A stretch of DNA of 64,000 bases from Chrysomallon squamiferum. Its lineage: Eukaryota > Animalia > Mollusca. The stretch is taken from NCBI GenBank assembly GCA_012295275.1, contig CM022665.1, positions 28,582,001 to 28,646,000 of the forward strand. Reading direction: 5' to 3'. Of the stretch, positions 41,731-64,000 are shown in pieces. A model generated the notes under the pieces. The model had not been told where the DNA came from. It ran no database searches and worked only from the letters and a program-made list of their open reading frames with translations. Every line of letters begins with the position of its first letter. Positions within the stretch are counted from its first letter, which is position 1. The position numbers were made by a program, and so were the translations under genes.

Positions 41731-43189
41731 TAAATACTCTTAATTATCAGTATCTGCAGCTCCTGGTGTTTCTGCGATTACTATTTTTACAACTACTTTT
41801 TCACATTTTATAGGCGATTCCTGTTAACGCATGAAATACTATTTTTTTAAATAATATTGTTTCCAGCCAGCTTTTTGGACGGTGAAGGTCCGTTGGCCAT
41901 TTCAGCATGAAAAGGGTCATTCTCCGGTTAGATTACCAACGTGTTTACAAGGGTCGTTTTCAACAGGCTTGACCAGTAATCTTGTAACGTGTCTACGGTG
42001 TTTTTAGCAGCACGTTGACGTTGTTGGTGGACGATGCAGTGGACATTGCCTTGTTCTGTAACACGTCGTATGTTCAAGTGAATCCATCTCTACACAATGA
42101 CGTCCAAAAACACAGCTGTTGTGAAAACAGTAAAAGAGCTACACAACAAAACAAAGACTGGAAGAGTCACGCTCATTCCTGCTTACTGAGATCGTTTTAT
42201 ATGTGTGTGTACGTGTATGTTCGTGATGTGCTTGTATATAATTAGTTCAGTGCCTGTGTGTGTGTGTGTGTGCGTGTGTGTGCGTGCGTGTGTGTGTGAT
42301 CGTTATGGTAAATATTCGAAGCCTACGACTTTAAAAATTTTTCCCTTTATATTTTGAAGATCTCAAATACAGGAGATTGCGCATCGGGACTAACGCCCAT
42401 GTTGCCGGTACCATAAGCTAGTTCTTCCTGTAAACTATCTCTATTATTATTGTTTTTGTTGTACTATTATTATTATAACGTATAAATAACAAAATATCAT
42501 TAAAAAAAAAATTAAATAAATAAATACACAGTAAAAGATCTGAAAGATTCAGTTACAGTTTGTTCTTTAATAAAATGCATTTAAAACCCACTCAAATCAA
42601 ATCATTTGCACATAAATCGTACAGCACTGTGAAATATTCCAAAATGTAACAAAATGCGATAATTAAAATAAATTGGAGAGGCAAGATGTTTGAGCAATTG
42701 GTAATAGGCACACATGCTGACACTTTATATTATTTATTTTAAGGGATGGAACCAAATGTGGCGTATGTAAGTGTTTTGTTATGTAAGTAATAGATTTCTA
42801 CGTAACGAATCCTTGAAGGTTTGTGTTACTGAATTACTCTTTTTTATTTATCCTTTTCAAGTTCTAAGTTAATAATAAAACCACAAGAAAATAGAAGCAA
42901 CAAAACTGCTTGAGTTTAAAAAATAATAATTAACAAGAATATGAAAGTAAAATCAAACAAAAGATTACTTATGTTTAATAGTATGTGGTATGGTCATATT
43001 TTAATAATTAAAATAAGTGGACATATATATATTCTTGGATACCTAAAGATCTTATCATGATAACAAACGGCAGTTATTCAGTTATTTAAATTATTTACAT
43101 TTTGATTGATTGATTGATTTATTTATTTTGTTGTTTGTTTTCTTTTCTTTCAGTTTAAGAGTTTTACGATATCGATCTTTTATTATCCC

Positions 43190-43965
43190 TCCTATGCGGA
43201 TCGCTCGGTAAACTTCGCCAATCAGTTACGATAAATAGCGAACAAGCGGAATAACAGCTTGCCAAATACGCGACGAAACACTGTGGAGATGATCAGAGAA
43301 TGACACTTAGAAGTCAATATACAAAGTCTTTCTGTCAAACTCCTACAAAGACATCATTGTTTTTTTGAAACGCCATCTCCTGCATTTGTAAGACTTAAGG
43401 GGGCATTTGCGTGCTTGCGTTAGTTTTCCGTATACAAACATTTCTATTGGATTTTCAAGCTAGAACACCTTGATCTATTGGCCACAGTTGTCTTTGGTCA
43501 TCAGATTATGTATTATTTCTTCTCAGATTTAACCGTAGCTTTATGTTGCCGCAGCTGCTGAGGGAAAACTTCCAAAATATGAATGTGTGAGTTTTCCTCC
43601 CAATGTTTGGTTTTTCTATACGAAATCACACTCTCTAAATCCGTCGAGTTTTGACGCTTTCTTCCTCGTTGTTTTCCTACGATTGTTAGGCAAACATAAC
43701 AAAGTAAATGTCCCGCCTGCTGAGGGCATGGTCGGATAGCGTCGTCGAGGATATAATGCGCGCAGCACGCACGTCGTAACGACATGCCTCTCCAGCAAGG
43801 ATCTGTTTTCAAGTAACGTGGGACGGGCACGTTGAAATCCCTCCCACAGCACGCACGCCCTATAGCTGTTGGCATGAAGAAACTACCTCACGCAACACGC
43901 TCTGAATCGACGAAGCCTGCTACTATAAATAACCGCTTTTCTTCAATGGTGTATCACCTTTCATT
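43190..43965 (+). promoter_or_regulatory. CpG-rich promoter of the Sas-like receptor gene with CCAAT boxes and TATA box
   Basis: GCCAATCAG at ~43217, ATTGG at ~43446 and ~43477, dense CpG at 43640-43920, TATAAAT at 43924-43930, Inr-like TCATTC at 43961, and a signal-peptide ATG at 44170. Confidence 0.55.
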
Positions 43966-44169
43966 CGTTTATTTGAGCTCTCTTTTATTATATATAGTGG
44001 CTCTTCGTACCTTGCCCCAACACACTCACACGTATATATTCCTGTAATGAAGATTCGTGGTCGGGTGTATAAAGATCTGGACAAGTGGACTGCGTCTTGC
44101 TTATGATCCAGTCGTGACCAAATTATATCATTCACGGATGTAGCATAAAGTCATCGTAACCAAAGACTT

Positions 44170-63535
<19,366 letters not shown>

Positions 63536-63751
63536 GTGAGTATTTGTCATTTAGCAGAAAATCTTTACAAAACAGGCCAATATTATTGGCATATCCTCAT
63601 GGTAAAACATATATGACCGTTTTTATGGATTTATTATCGCGCATTTCCACACCCCCATCTATCTTATTCAATAAATGAACTACATTTGAATAAATACTGA
63701 TTTATTAGATGAGATTGTTTTTTCTTTTTAATTTTAATAAATTTTTATTCG

Positions 63752-63792
<41 letters not shown>

Positions 63793-64000
63793 TACAGAGA
63801 GAGAGAGAGAGTTCAAATAATTTTATATTTTTAGTAACTAAATAATTCATCTATATTAAAAAAATTAAATTTTGCTATAATTATAAAAACAATATCTGCG
63901 GATTTAAGCTCTTTTAAAAACAACAGGCCGTTTGTTTACCGACCTGAAACCCTTTGACTTTATCAACGTGCATTGTCTAAAAGGTATAGAAATATCTGCA

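Noticed and set aside
41405-41731. 108 aa Ser/Asn-rich ORF
   Set aside because: Trinucleotide low-complexity tract with no domain or splice context
43513-43875. 120 aa Cys-containing minus-strand ORF (MPTAIGRACCGRDF...)
   Set aside because: It lies in the GC/CpG-rich promoter of the receptor gene, where stop codons are rarer. There is no recognisable domain, signal peptide or splice partner.

Overview
AT-rich, intron-rich animal genomic DNA (invertebrate; the repeat types and protein styles suggest a mollusc, probably a gastropod, which is inference). Most entries in the ORF track are microsatellite or chance ORFs. The real genes were rebuilt by hand from GT-AG exons with reading-frame continuity. 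Left to right: (1) last coding exon of a probable FoxN2/3 transcription factor (1-165, +), followed by ~9 kb of apparent 3'UTR; (2) DPH6 diphthine-ammonia ligase, long form with RidA/YjgF domains (17 exons, -, 9857-17857); (3) GOLGA5/golgin-84 (14 coding exons, +, 18739-26373), head-to-head with DPH6; (4) alpha-SNAP/NAPA (9 exons, -, 31275-38383), tail-to-tail with GOLGA5; (5) a large type-I membrane protein with IGFBP-like, FN3, VWC and SEA-like/furin modules, Sas/CRIM1-like (15 exons seen, +, 44170-63535, continuing past the window). Also present are decayed RTE and CR1/L2-type LINE fragments, SINE/MITE relics, minisatellites and microsatellites. The most notable observations are the mosaic receptor architecture (including a half VWC domain and a duplicated splice donor), a palindromic bidirectional polyA signal between convergent genes, and a sharp CpG-poor to CpG-rich switch near 38.4 kb. 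I see no evidence for a wholly new multi-gene system.
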